Assembly: GCA_017654855.1 (NCBI GenBank)
Contig: CM030334.1
Coordinates: 1,984,001-2,048,000 of the forward strand
DNA from: Podospora anserina
Taxonomy: Eukaryota
Length of the DNA stretch: 64,000 bases
Direction: 5' to 3'
Shown here piece by piece: positions 1-11,104 of the stretch (within the stretch, counting starts at the first letter, position 1; every line of letters begins with the position of its first letter). The position numbers and the translations under genes are program-made. Below the pieces are notes generated by a model that saw only the letters and a list, made by a program, of their open reading frames with translations, searched no databases and had not been told where the DNA came from.

Positions 1-296
1 TCGGTTTCTCTAGACTGCCACACACTGGTTAGTTGAAGAGCTCTTCTCACACGCCAAAGCAACCAGAATCCTGGTTTCTCAGAGTCCGTGACTAGGCTAG
101 AGGCTTTGATTGAATTGGTAAGGTTGTACAAAGATGAACCGCATGAGCCCGTGAAGAACAGGAGCCACAAACTTGAACGGAAAACGCGGTTGAGATTTGG
201 TGAGAGCGATAATTGTCCAAAACAGTCCAAAAACCTCCTTTTATGACTTGATCAAATTAGCCAGGCCCCCCACCCTCCAAACCACAAGTTCCTCAC

Positions 297-800
297 TCAA
301 TCCCCCCACGCACCCCCCCTCCCCCCCTCACTACAAAAACAGCCCCCCCGATCACCAAAACAGCACCCTCCCCGATCACTAAAGATGCAACCCCCCCTAT
401 CACTGAAGATACACCCGTTCCTATCACTGCAGAAACATCCCTCTCTATCACTGCAGAAACACCCGCCCCTCGTCGAAAAGAAGCAGCCCCCTGTTGACGA
501 CCAGAAACATCCTGGCCTGCTGTCGTGGACGGCATACCGCTCGTCGTTGAAGAGTTTGGTTAGGTTATCTGGTTGGGGTTGCATTGGTGGTTGGGGTGTG
601 TACCCGCAGGTGTGAGGACGGGATGGAGTACAAGCCTGTTGGGGTTTGGGCTGGTCGGACTGTGACTGAGATTGGGAATGGGACTGGGATTGAGATTGGG
701 AATGTTGCTGGAGGGTTGTTTCGTAAGAAGGAGGAGGATCGGAGGGCGAGGCAGGCTCATCTTGGGGGTTGTAGGGGGTTGTTTTGCTGAGTTTGGCCAT
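297..800 (-). CDS. Small protein with a PPSY motif, Q/S-rich linker and eight C-terminal 8-aa Cys-rich repeats (GC-[FIC]-[WFC]-S-D-R-G); function unknown
   Basis: Intronless 167-aa ATG ORF. Repeats GCFWSSTG GCFFSTRG GCFCSDRE GCFCSDRN GCIFSDRG GCIFSDRG GCCFGDRG GCFCSEGG are conserved at protein level with divergent codons (321-512). Confidence 0.8.
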   Translation of the reverse strand: MAKLSKTTPYNPQDEPASPSDPPPSYETTLQQHSQSQSQSHSQSQSQSDQPKPQQACTPSRPHTCGYTPQPPMQPQPDNLTKLFNDERYAVHDSRPGCFWSSTGGCFFSTRGGCFCSDREGCFCSDRNGCIFSDRGGCIFSDRGGCCFGDRGGCFCSEGGRGGAWGD

Positions 801-1263
801 GTTTGTGCGATGAATGGATGCCTGGATGAGATATGTTGGCGAGATTCTTGAATTGAATTCAGCTGAATGCAGGCGTTAAGAAACACCGATCTTCAAAAAT
901 GAAGATGTGCAACCGAAAAGAACCGATGGACCAAAAGTGCGAACATGCCCAGAGAATTATACCCAGCATATAGGATCTTGTGCAGTGCTTATGCCGGCTG
1001 CCTCCAGTATTGGCGCCGCCCAGCAGCAGTGGTATGACGTTTCCATTTTGGAGGTTGCTCGGATTGCTCGGGTTCGCACCAATGAGAGAACCGACAAAGG
1101 TACGCTCACATTTGACCAAAAGCTTCGGACGCGTCATGCCACACTCTTTGGTCTGATGGTAAGTCGGGTGGTTATCTGACCGAATTATTTCCATATCGTG
1201 TATAGTTGAGAGTTCTAAGCTAATTCAACAACATGTGACAGGCCCCAGAGATACGCCAAAAGT

Positions 1264-2601
1264 TCACACATTTCCAAACAACCCTTCAGGAGTCGTCAGC
1301 TTCGTCGCCAAAATCACAACCCCTCCAGCCAGACACATGATACCACTGAACAGAGAAGCCTCCAAATATCCCCCATATTTATCCAACAGCACCCCGTTGA
1401 CCGGCGGCCCAACCAAGATGGCGATAGAACCAACAGCCAAACCCATCCCAATGTAAGTCCCCAAGTTCTGCGGATTAGTCGTGCAAGTTGAAAACGCAGC
1501 CGAGTTCGCCGACACAATCGTGCCCGATGTCAACCCAATAAACACAGCATACACCACCAACCCAGCCGTATCAGTAGCCTTGGTCAAGCACAGGACCACA
1601 ATCCCCGTCGACAATGACCCAAACCCGTAGATATTCAGTTTCCCATATTTGTCGGCCAGAATTCCTGGTAGGATCCTCCCAAATGTCGATGCTCCATTCA
1701 CGATAGCCAGCAAATACGACGCCAAGATCTTGTCCATCCCCTTCGACACCGCATACGAGGGCAGAAAAAACAACGGTGTAAACATCCCCAGCAATACAAA
1801 GAACCCGGCAGCGACCAACCCCACAAATCTCAGCTCTGTAAAGGCTGACCATAGGAAGAACTTCGTCTCTCTCGGCGGCAACCTCGCCCTCAGCGAAAAG
1901 CAACAGAACACCATCATAGGCGCCACAATGAACCCTATCACCCTAACCGACCACCCGAACCCCAGACTGGTATCATTCAACATCTTTCCCAAAGCAATAG
2001 GGAAGACAATACCTCCAATGCTACTCCCGCTAACCACCAACCCCAACGCTGCAGCCCTCTTCTTGTCAAAATATTGTGACACGACCGCAAAAGCAGGGAC
2101 TTGTATCATTGCCGACGCTAATCCCGTCAAGACCCCCTGAGCGAGCATGAACTGATAGTATTCTTGACACAAACTCGTCATCATGATGGCCAAGACGTAG
2201 AGGATAGCTCCGATACGGATGACCCATGTCCCATAACGGTCAAAGAGTGGGCCCGAGATAGCCCCAAAGAGAAACTGCATACATGCCGTGACAGAGCCGA
2301 TCCAGGATATTTGATCGGGGGTATGCGATGATAGCTGGTGGGTTCCATAGTATTGGAGAAAGATACCGAAAGAGTTGACGATGCCGAGGCAAGAGAAGAA
2401 GATGCAGGCTGCGCCGAGGGCGACGGACCAGGCGCGGGCGCCGCCGTCGGGGGCTGGGCCGTAGAGGTCGGTGAGTGTGGGAGGTGTAGATTCCGAGGTC
2501 TTTTCGAGGTCTCGAGGTTGGTCGGGTATGGGTAGCTTTTCAGAGCTGCTTCTGGAGGATGTGCTTTGAGAGGGAGCCGGGGGTTGGCCTGAGTCTACCA
2601 T
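1264..2601 (-). CDS. MFS transporter, monocarboxylate porter (MCH/Mct-like) family
   Basis: PDGGARAW N-terminal motif, GPLFDRYG and GILADKYG loop motifs, about 12 hydrophobic segments. Start placed at the ATG of MVDSGQPP (2601); TATA-like TATATAAA at about 2740-2748. Confidence 0.93.
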   Translation of the reverse strand: MVDSGQPPAPSQSTSSRSSSEKLPIPDQPRDLEKTSESTPPTLTDLYGPAPDGGARAWSVALGAACIFFSCLGIVNSFGIFLQYYGTHQLSSHTPDQISWIGSVTACMQFLFGAISGPLFDRYGTWVIRIGAILYVLAIMMTSLCQEYYQFMLAQGVLTGLASAMIQVPAFAVVSQYFDKKRAAALGLVVSGSSIGGIVFPIALGKMLNDTSLGFGWSVRVIGFIVAPMMVFCCFSLRARLPPRETKFFLWSAFTELRFVGLVAAGFFVLLGMFTPLFFLPSYAVSKGMDKILASYLLAIVNGASTFGRILPGILADKYGKLNIYGFGSLSTGIVVLCLTKATDTAGLVVYAVFIGLTSGTIVSANSAAFSTCTTNPQNLGTYIGMGLAVGSIAILVGPPVNGVLLDKYGGYLEASLFSGIMCLAGGVVILATKLTTPEGLFGNV

Positions 2602-3002
2602 TGTGCTGAGAGATTGCTGTTGGTACCAAGTTAGAGAAACCAAAACGGTAAACCAACAATATGCGACAAGTGTAGAAACGAAACCCAAGGCACCGGTGCC
2701 TGTACCAGCATTTCCCCTAGGGGATGCCGAGACATGTTTTTATATAAACGCCGAAGAGGATAGTTGAAAAAGTCGCCGAATGTGGATAAGGCCGGGCCGG
2801 AGATAAGAATCGCGGACTCGGCATATTGGGTTGGGTGAGCGAGGCCTGGACCAATGACGTCGGGCTGTTGGCTCCGAAGGATTGAATTTCCCGAGTGAAT
2901 TTCCTGAGTCCTCGGTCGAATGTGATGTGAAAATCCCGAAATCTGTCAAAGATGTCGGACATTGTTTTTTATCGACAGAATTTGCCGGCAGATTGAATCG
3001 AG

Positions 3003-4168
3003 ATGGAGCATACTGGCCAAGGTGGTGCTGTTCGACGACGGAGAAGACCTGCCGTGTGAGTTGTTCCTTTTCAGTAATGAAACTTGAGAGTTAGGAAGTC
3101 ACGCTAACCACAGAGTTCCACTGATAGCTCCTGCATCACTTGCAGAAAACGTAAAATCCGCTGTGATCGGAAGGCGCCATGTGGAAACTGCCTCAAGTCG
3201 AAAGGCTCCAGTTGCTCTTACCGTGACCCTCCCCTCTCTCCTCCAAAGGCCACCACTCCCAGATGTGCAACCTCGCTGCCAAATGACTGTGTCGACGATG
3301 AGAACGACGAACTCGATGTGGCCAGCTGTTTCTCCATCACTACTCCTCCAATGCCACCGTCTCTTGTTAACACGACTAATCTGGGCATCGCTGGCACATT
3401 TCACATTCACCATGAGTCCCGCCAGGGACAACCGAACGTCGGTACTTTCAGCATAGCACACAAGACCCGCTACTTCGGCCAAAGCCACTGGGTCAACAGC
3501 ATTACCCTGGTTCGAGACTTATTTGCGATCCTTGAGCCACACTTCCGCAACAATTCTTCTCCCCATCGTCGGGTGCATGCTGGAATGCAAAGGTCTGGCA
3601 AAGACATTGAAGTCTCGAGTGCTCTCTTGTTGGCCGTATGAACCACTCTTCGACGTTCCGCCAGACCACGACGATCTGTTACGGAACTACATCTCAACAT
3701 CAGAAAGCATCTTTCGTGTGATGCATATTCCCTCTTTCACTCGAGACTTCCATGCTCTCTGCACATCGCCAACTCCGCCGACTAATGCAGCCTTCATTGT
3801 TCAAGCCAAGCTTGTCTGTGCCATAGGTGCGACTCATACTGACACGGTATTGCGACAAGAAGCCACACAATGGGTGCAAGATGCACAAACATGGCTCTCC
3901 AAGCCGGACTTCAAGCATCAACTTTCCCTTCAACATCTTCAATCCCATATTCTGTTGCTTCTCGCCCGCAAAGCTGTCGGTGTAGCGGAAGACATGATTT
4001 GGATCTCGGTTGGCTCGCTCCTCCGCACAGCCATGTACATGGGCCTGCACCGCGATGGTGTCATTGGAACATCCCCTAATACAAACCTGTTCACATCAGA
4101 AATGCGCCGCAGGATCTGGAACACTATCCTCGAGCTATCTGTTCAGTCCAGCCTGAACTCTGGAGGTC
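3003..4168 (+). pseudogene. Zn2Cys6 fungal transcription factor, 5' half (frameshifted and interrupted by LTR element)
   Basis: ATG 3003; intron 3056-3127 (gtgagt..gctaac..tag); exon 2 encodes CITCRKRKIRCDRKAPCGNCLKSKGSSC and KTRYFGQSHW. One extra base near the C-run 3561-3564 shifts the frame. Fungal_trans motifs follow (A.YMGLHRD, EMRRRIWNTILELS). Confidence 0.9.
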
Positions 4169-4522
4169 TGTCACACGGCAAAAGCCACCCACCTGTAACC
4201 ACAACCAACAACACTGTCGATACCACCGCAAGGAGGGGTAACTGCAAGTTGTGAGCCTCTCGTTCAAAGTGAGGCAGACAATCAGAGGCATGGCGGTTAT
4301 CAAAGGAAGCCCACTGGCCCAGTAGGATATTGAAGGACTTGGCGATGGCCTGAGGCCAACAAAGGCACGGGCCACGCGAGGGAGGGTAAAATACGCGTTT
4401 GGAAACACCAAGACTGTATCTCTTCTTCTTCTTTTCGGTATCACGCTCTTCGAGGCCATTGAAGATTATTAGCCTGAATTGAACCATGAGTTCCAAGCCC
4501 TGATATTACAGCCCTTGTCACA
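4169..4522 (+). repeat. 5' LTR (repa-like)
   Basis: TGTCACACGG...CTTGTCACA; identical by eye to 10751-11104. Confidence 0.97.
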
Positions 4523-4523
4523 T

Positions 4524-4534
4524 ATAATCTTCAA
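4524..4534 (+). other. Primer-binding site, self-priming type
   Basis: ATAATCTTCAA, 1 nt after the 5' LTR, is the exact reverse complement of LTR 4459-4469 (TTGAAGATTAT). It has no TGG start for pairing with a tRNA CCA end. Confidence 0.8.
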
Positions 4535-4610
4535 ACAATCGAAGACGACAAACAACACACTACAACACCATACGCGCTATCACCACTTACCCCGCTTTCC
4601 TCCTTTGTTG

Positions 4611-7112
4611 ATGTCCACCACATCATCATCAGCTCCACCCTCAGATATCGTTGAAGGCTTCGTTCCACTACCTTGCAACCCTTGGGTTGACGACGACGAA
4701 GACTCGGACTTCACTACAGGAGAATACTCCTTCAACGCGTCGCCCATCCCGCGACCCTTCATTCCCGGCTACGCCGCCCACCTTCCTCTCCCGACGTCAC
4801 CAGTCACGGTGTCGCCTACGTACGCGACCGCTCGAAACCTACAAGAAGAGCTCGACAACGCGTCTATCTCCACATACAATATGTCGGACTATCGCTCCCC
4901 TTCGGCCGAGCCGGTCCAGGTCAATGACCACATGGAGCTCACGCTCTACTCCCCTCAGGACTTCGAAGTCATCATGAGCGATCCCTCCGACATCCAGCCG
5001 TTGCCTGGTGCTATCCATGATCCGGCACCATGGATTATTGAACTCCATCGCCGAATGAGCGAGGCTTATGAGGGTGTACGACAGCTTGCTCAACAGCAAC
5101 ACAAGGAGCGTATCGACCACCAACAACTCGCACACCTTAAGCAGCAATACGAGCATATCCGCGAACAGTACACTGTTTGCGCGGGCATGGTCAAGCTCGG
5201 GGTCCAGGTCTCTGAACAACAAATCAGGCACTTCCGGCAGCAAGTTGAAAATGACAGCGCCGCTTTTACGAACCAGATCTGGAAAGCTATCGCAGTCATC
5301 TCTCAGGACGAACGGCAGCGCCAACAAGCCATCGAGCAGCTCAGCGAAGCGGCTAGCCGACACCACTCCGCCTTAGTGACCCTCGAAAAGGAGGTTGCAT
5401 TTCAGAAAAGGTTCAACAACGACGTCCAAAAATGGGCTAATCTACGCGAACAAGATATCGCTAGACTCTTAGCCAAGGAGTTCGTCGATCCCGCTACCCT
5501 GGACGAGCATGGACGAATCGTCACAGAACAGATTAAGAAGATCGTGAGAGAAGATCTTAGGGAATTTCGCGCCCAAATGGAACGGAATCCTAATGCCGAT
5601 GTCGACTCCGTCTGGCGTAGCGTTAGCCAACGCGCATCAACACGACCATCGCAACCAGCCACTACCATACCATCAAAGGTATCATCCTCAACTCGGCGTG
5701 TCAAGGAGCGCTTGACTACTCAGGCACTACAAGATGCCCAAGCACGCCGTACGGCTCAACAAGCCAATATCCAATTCGAATCATCTCGGGCGGGTCCCAT
5801 GTACATGACGCCTACTCCCAGCGGTGGCGGAGGAGGAAGCCTCCCCCCACGACGAGTTGTCGCTGCCAACGGAGAACCACCCTCTGATCCCGACGACTCG
5901 GATACAGAGGACCCTAACGATGAACGACGAGAAAGAGGACCCCCTAACGGAGGAGACAGAGGACCACCCAGAGGTCCTCCAGCCTCGCGTAACCGCCCAC
6001 GATCACCAAGTCCCCCGGGGCGAGACGACCTTACTCGACTCATTCGTCAATTTTCCCAGACACCAGTCCAAATCAACCCGGTACATATAGCGAAACCCCC
6101 GGCCTACGATGGCAGGGACCTCTCTAAGTTCCGGTCTTGGTGGCTCAAGGTGGAAGCATATATGGATTCCTACCCCACAGGGTTCCCCACCGACCAGGTC
6201 AAGATCAACTGGGTTAGATCACTCCTCACCGACAAAGGCCAGGTGTGGCACCAACAGCGAGTCGGCCAGGTACGAAGACTGGGCTTTGTAGATGCCTGGA
6301 GCAACTACACCACCGCTATCAAGGAACGCTTTCGGGATACAGCCGAGAGATACCGCAATACCCGCAAAATACAAGAACTCCGGTATCAAGGAGACATTTC
6401 GCAGTACTTGACCGAGCTTATGGACCTCAACGAGGTAGTCCAGTGGTCGGGAACCACGTTCCAGAGTCACATCTCAAGGGCGCTCCCGGACGAGATCACC
6501 AAGCTAATCTACTCGAGACAGGGAGGAGTCCCAGAGACAGACGAGGACTTCCTCCACGCCATCCGGGAAGCAGGCCACATCTACGAAAATATACTCACGA
6601 ATCCTGGCATCTTAGTTGGCCACCGGGCGGGAAAAGACACGCCCACTTCGACCTCGGAGCGCTCGAAGTCGGGCCCTCCCCACCAAAGTCGCTCTCAACA
6701 ACCATCAAACCCATCCTTAAGAAGCAGCAAGGCACCTTCCAAGCTACCGAACGCCAAACCCGATCCAAAAGATATCAAATGGGCGACCGTCAAGGAGGCC
6801 TTAGCGGGGATCTCTCAGGAGAACGTCGATAGGCATAAGAAGGACGGTTCTACCTGTTGGCGATGTGGTCGTAATAACCACCACACCCTCGCCTGCTTCG
6901 CCAGAAAAGATGTCTCCGGTAACGACCTCCCCGCGGCTCCACCCAAAGTAGCTAGAGTCAAACGGAAGGCCGAAGAAAGAGAGAAAGAAAGAGAAATAAC
7001 ACCTCCAAAGAAAGCACGAATCGACGCTATCGGAGTTCACTTTGACGATGACCCACCAGTCTTTAAGGTACCCGACGACGATATATCCGGCACCAAGACG
7101 GGTTTTCACTAG
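4611..7112 (+). CDS. gag: Retrotransposon Gag (intact ORF)
   Basis: Uninterrupted ORF from ATG 4611; coiled-coil N-terminus, retrotransposon-gag-like core (KPPAYDG...), CCHC knuckle CWRCGRNNHHTLAC. Confidence 0.9.
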   Translation: MSTTSSSAPPSDIVEGFVPLPCNPWVDDDEDSDFTTGEYSFNASPIPRPFIPGYAAHLPLPTSPVTVSPTYATARNLQEELDNASISTYNMSDYRSPSAEPVQVNDHMELTLYSPQDFEVIMSDPSDIQPLPGAIHDPAPWIIELHRRMSEAYEGVRQLAQQQHKERIDHQQLAHLKQQYEHIREQYTVCAGMVKLGVQVSEQQIRHFRQQVENDSAAFTNQIWKAIAVISQDERQRQQAIEQLSEAASRHHSALVTLEKEVAFQKRFNNDVQKWANLREQDIARLLAKEFVDPATLDEHGRIVTEQIKKIVREDLREFRAQMERNPNADVDSVWRSVSQRASTRPSQPATTIPSKVSSSTRRVKERLTTQALQDAQARRTAQQANIQFESSRAGPMYMTPTPSGGGGGSLPPRRVVAANGEPPSDPDDSDTEDPNDERRERGPPNGGDRGPPRGPPASRNRPRSPSPPGRDDLTRLIRQFSQTPVQINPVHIAKPPAYDGRDLSKFRSWWLKVEAYMDSYPTGFPTDQVKINWVRSLLTDKGQVWHQQRVGQVRRLGFVDAWSNYTTAIKERFRDTAERYRNTRKIQELRYQGDISQYLTELMDLNEVVQWSGTTFQSHISRALPDEITKLIYSRQGGVPETDEDFLHAIREAGHIYENILTNPGILVGHRAGKDTPTSTSERSKSGPPHQSRSQQPSNPSLRSSKAPSKLPNAKPDPKDIKWATVKEALAGISQENVDRHKKDGSTCWRCGRNNHHTLACFARKDVSGNDLPAAPPKVARVKRKAEEREKEREITPPKKARIDAIGVHFDDDPPVFKVPDDDISGTKTGFH

Positions 7113-10100
7113 GCCGCCTGCCCACGCCGACAGGATACCATCGGCCAACCGGCATTACCATTGCGGGAGTCAAGCGCCCTCACGAGGACGACGAAGAAGA
7201 GCAACCACAACGCCGGCCAAAGGTGGGAGCCCGGCCCATCATCAACATGAGTATCATCAAGGCCATCACAGGCCGCCCCCGCGAGCACCCAGTACGCGTC
7301 CTCCTTGACCCTAGCAGCGCAGTGCCTGTCCTATCGGAAAATGTGGTCAAGCGCCTTGCCATCAAGACCTTCCACCACCCTCCTGGGTTCCACCTCCAGT
7401 CCTTCACTGGGGAAGGAGATGCGAGTAAACAAGCGCTCTACTCCGATACTATGGTACTTAGGCACGCGGAAGACCATTTCACGCGGCTCCAGTTCGAAGT
7501 AAGCAAGCTTGATCCGGAATGCGATGTCATTTTGCCACACTGGTGGCTACAAGAACACCAACCGGCTGGGTTCTACGATCAGGACCCCCGGAAGATTGTG
7601 TTCACATCTCCCACCTGCCGTGAGCAGTGTACTAGCCTAACAGTACTCGGGAAGGTCGGTAGGATCATCTCCAGCGTGACCGACGATCGAAGCTCTATTC
7701 CTGAACGCTTCCGGGACCTGGCACCGCTAGTCCCTCACGACATCTCTCAGAGGCTACCAGATCACAAGCCCTGGGACCATACCATCGACCTGGTCGACGG
7801 TAAGATACCACCGTGGGGCCCCATCTACTCCCTCAGCGGCAAAGAACTCAAATTCTTACGAGCATAGCTAGATAAGATACTAGCAAAAAGCAAAATCAGG
7901 CCTTCCAAATCCCCTTACAGTACTCCCGTCTTCATGGTCGACAAAGATGCCTCCATCGAAAAGAAAGGAAGGCATGAGGACCACCTCCGGCCCGTAGTCG
8001 ATTGGAGAGCACTCAACGCCATCACAATCCCCAATCGGTACCCTCTACCGCTCATCACCGAGCTACAAGACCGCCTTGCGGGAGCCAAGTACTTCACCAA
8101 GATCGATCTAAAGAATGGATTCAACCTCGTCCGAATCAAAGAGGGCGATGAATGGAAGACAGCCTTCCGCTACCGTTACGGTCTCTTCGAGTTCACGGTC
8201 ATACATTTTAGGCTAATCAACGCCCCAGCCACCTTCCAAGCCATGGTTCATAGAGTCCTTAGCGACTTTATTAATATAGGAGTACTGGCATATGTGGATG
8301 ATATCCTTATATACGCCGATACTATGGAGGAGCACGACCGGCTCACGAAGAAGGTACTGCGGCGGCTAAAGAACAATAACCTTACTATCTTAGCCAAGAA
8401 GAGTGTATAGGCAACAAGGCAGGTCGAATACCTTGGGTACATTATCTCTGAGCATGGGATCTCCATGTCTAAAGAGAAGGTGGATTACATCCTAAACTGG
8501 GAAAGGCCAACCACGCTCAAGGCAACCTAATCCTTTATCGGCTTCGCCAACTTCTATCGACGCTTTATTAAGGGATTCTCAGCCATTACTCAAGCCCTTA
8601 CAGCCTCACTGAAGCTCGACGCACGCCAGTAGAAGTGGACGCAGGCTATGGAGCTTGCGTTTAACAAGCTAAAAGAAGCCTTCACTACTGCCCCGATCCT
8701 CGCTCACTTCGACCCCACGAAACTCGCAGTCCTGGAGACAGATGCGTCTGACTTCGCCTTGGGCGGAGTAATGTCCTAAAAAGGGGACGACGGCAAACTC
8801 CACCCAATCGCTTTCCACTCTAGGAAGCTCACCAAACCGAAGATGAATTACGAAGTACACGATAAGGAGCTACTTACGATCGTCGACTGCTTTGCAAGAT
8901 GGCGTAGATACCTGGAGGGAGCGGATCATCGCATTGAGGTGTATTCCGACCACCAGAACCTAGCATACTTCACTACGGCCAAGGTCTTAAATAGACGCCA
9001 AGCAAGGTGGGCGCAAGAGCTTGCCGCCTATAACTTCATCATCATATATCGCCCAGGACGGTTGAATGGCAAGGCCGACGTGCTCTCGAGACTCGATCAA
9101 TATCGGCCTGAGAAGGGGGGAGATGAGGACCAGCCGATTACTTCGGTCCTAAAAAATCACCACTTTTCACCGCCAAACGAAGGACCTTCTTTCCTGGTTT
9201 CTTCCGCACGGCTTGCCAGTATTCCGGCCACACCAGCGTGGGACGAAGGGTTCCTCGCCAGAGTCAAAACAGCCGCCCGTCAAGACGCCGGCTACATCAA
9301 GGATCTGGCAATACTACCCAAGAACGAACACGAAGATCAAGGCCTACTGTACCACAACAACCTATTGAGAGTCCCCAACGACCCAGCATTGCGAAAAGAG
9401 ATCCTCGAATCCGAGCACGACTCCGTCGTCGCAGGCCACCTAGGCATGGACAGGACTATCGACCTTATTCGGCGCAATTTCTGGTGGCCAGGTATGGACC
9501 AGTATATCCGCGAGTACGTACGAGGATGTAAAGAGTATCAACAAAACAAGAACCCCCGCCATGGCACGTTTGGGTTGCTCCAACCAATGGAGATTCCGTG
9601 GAAGCCGTGGAGAGCGATTTCCATGGACTTTATTACGGATCTTCCATTATCCTCTAGGTGCGACTCGATCTGGGTCATCGTGGACATGTTCACGAAGATA
9701 GTACACCTTATTCCTCTACGTGTGGAAGCGAAGAAAACTGACGACCTGATCCGGATCTTCGCGCGCGAGTATTGGCGGCTCCACGGCGTGCCAGCGGATA
9801 TTATCTCAGACCGCGATTCACGCTTCACTGCTCACTTGTGGAAGGATTTCCTGAAGCTCGTCGGTATCAAGAACCGTATAAGCACGGCGTTCCATCCACA
9901 AACAAACGGCCAAACGGAAATCGTCAACCAAGAACTAGAGATGTATCTCCGCGCCTTTGTCAACTACGAGATGGCTAACTGGAATAAATTACTTCCCATG
10001 GCAGAATTCGCGTACAATAATGCCCGTAAGGCACCAACAGGCATGTCGCCTTTCTTCGCCAACTATGGCTACCACCCTGCCTCCAACAACCCCTCGTCGA

Positions 10101-10705
10101 ACACCACCGTTCATAACCCCTCAAGCCGGCTATACGCCCACTGGATGACCCAAGTTCACAAGGAAGCGCAGAATTCCCTGGAAGACACCCGCAAACGCAT
10201 GAAGCAGTGGGCAGATCTAAAGAGAAAAGAAGCACCCTCGTTTGAACAGGATCAACTGGTGATGCTCAACGCCAGGCATATCAAGACTCGTCGACCCTCC
10301 AAGAAGCTGGACAAGAAGATGTTAGGCCCGTTCAAAATCCAGAAGGTAATCTCGCCTACCGCTGTCCGACTGACTCTCCCCAAACACTGGCGAATCCACA
10401 ATACCTTCCACGTCTCCCTCATCGAGCCCTATCGCGCTGGCGGACAGGCACTGCCTGATCCAGACCAGGTCCTGCGAGAAGCTGAGCCGGTAGAGGCAGA
10501 AGACTATCAAGTGGAAAAGGTGATGGATTCGACCACAATGGGTGAAGAAGTCAAGTATCTGGTCAAGTGGGAAGGTTGGCCTCAACGGAGACACTGGACG
10601 TGGGAGCCTTACGACCACTTCTACAGCGACGGAGCCAAGACGGCTTTACGAGCCTTTCACGCCCAGCACCCTGACAAACCGAAGGACTCACGTATCGAGG
10701 CATGA
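7100..10705 (+). pseudogene. pol: Retrotransposon Pol (PR-RT-RNaseH-IN-chromodomain) in the -1 frame, inactivated by five nonsense codons
   Basis: Protease VLLDPSSAV, RT YVDD, RNase [11 protein letters not shown] and YEVHDKELL, integrase ISMDFITDLP and IISDRDSRF, chromodomain YLVKWEGW...TWEP. In-frame stops at 7865, 8408, 8528, 8630 and 8777. Confidence 0.95.
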
Positions 10706-10733
10706 AGCCATCACCAAGCTCGTGGGCGAGCAT

Positions 10734-10747
10734 GAGAAGGGGGGAGA
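10734..10747 (+). other. Polypurine tract
   Basis: GAGAAGGGGGGAGA, 3 nt upstream of the 3' LTR. Confidence 0.85.
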
Positions 10748-10750
10748 TGG

Positions 10751-11104
10751 TGTCACACGGCAAAAGCCACCCACCTGTAACCACAACCAACAACACTGTC
10801 GATACCACCGCAAGGAGGGGTAACTGCAAGTTGTGAGCCTCTCGTTCAAAGTGAGGCAGACAATCAGAGGCATGGCGGTTATCAAAGGAAGCCCACTGGC
10901 CCAGTAGGATATTGAAGGACTTGGCGATGGCCTGAGGCCAACAAAGGCACGGGCCACGCGAGGGAGGGTAAAATACGCGTTTGGAAACACCAAGACTGTA
11001 TCTCTTCTTCTTCTTTTCGGTATCACGCTCTTCGAGGCCATTGAAGATTATTAGCCTGAATTGAACCATGAGTTCCAAGCCCTGATATTACAGCCCTTGT
11101 CACA
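10751..11104 (+). repeat. 3' LTR
   Basis: 354-bp direct repeat of 4169-4522, followed by TSD AGGTC. Confidence 0.97.

Larger units (their letters stand above)
4169..11104 (+). mobile_element. Full-length Ty3/gypsy chromovirus LTR retrotransposon (Yeti-like), 6,936 bp
   Basis: Two 354-bp TG...CA LTRs; 5-bp TSD AGGTC at 4164-4168 and 11105-11109; gag plus PR-RT-RH-IN-chromodomain; PPT before 3' LTR. Size and LTR length match my recollection of P. anserina Yeti (6,935 bp, 354-bp LTR). Confidence 0.97.

Noticed and set aside
321..512. 24-nt periodic repeat as a CRISPR-like array
   Set aside because: No spacers, codon-level degeneracy, eukaryotic coding repeat.
4124..4496. Minus-strand ORFs duplicated at 10563-11078
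   Set aside because: They are simply the two LTR copies, with no protein signature.
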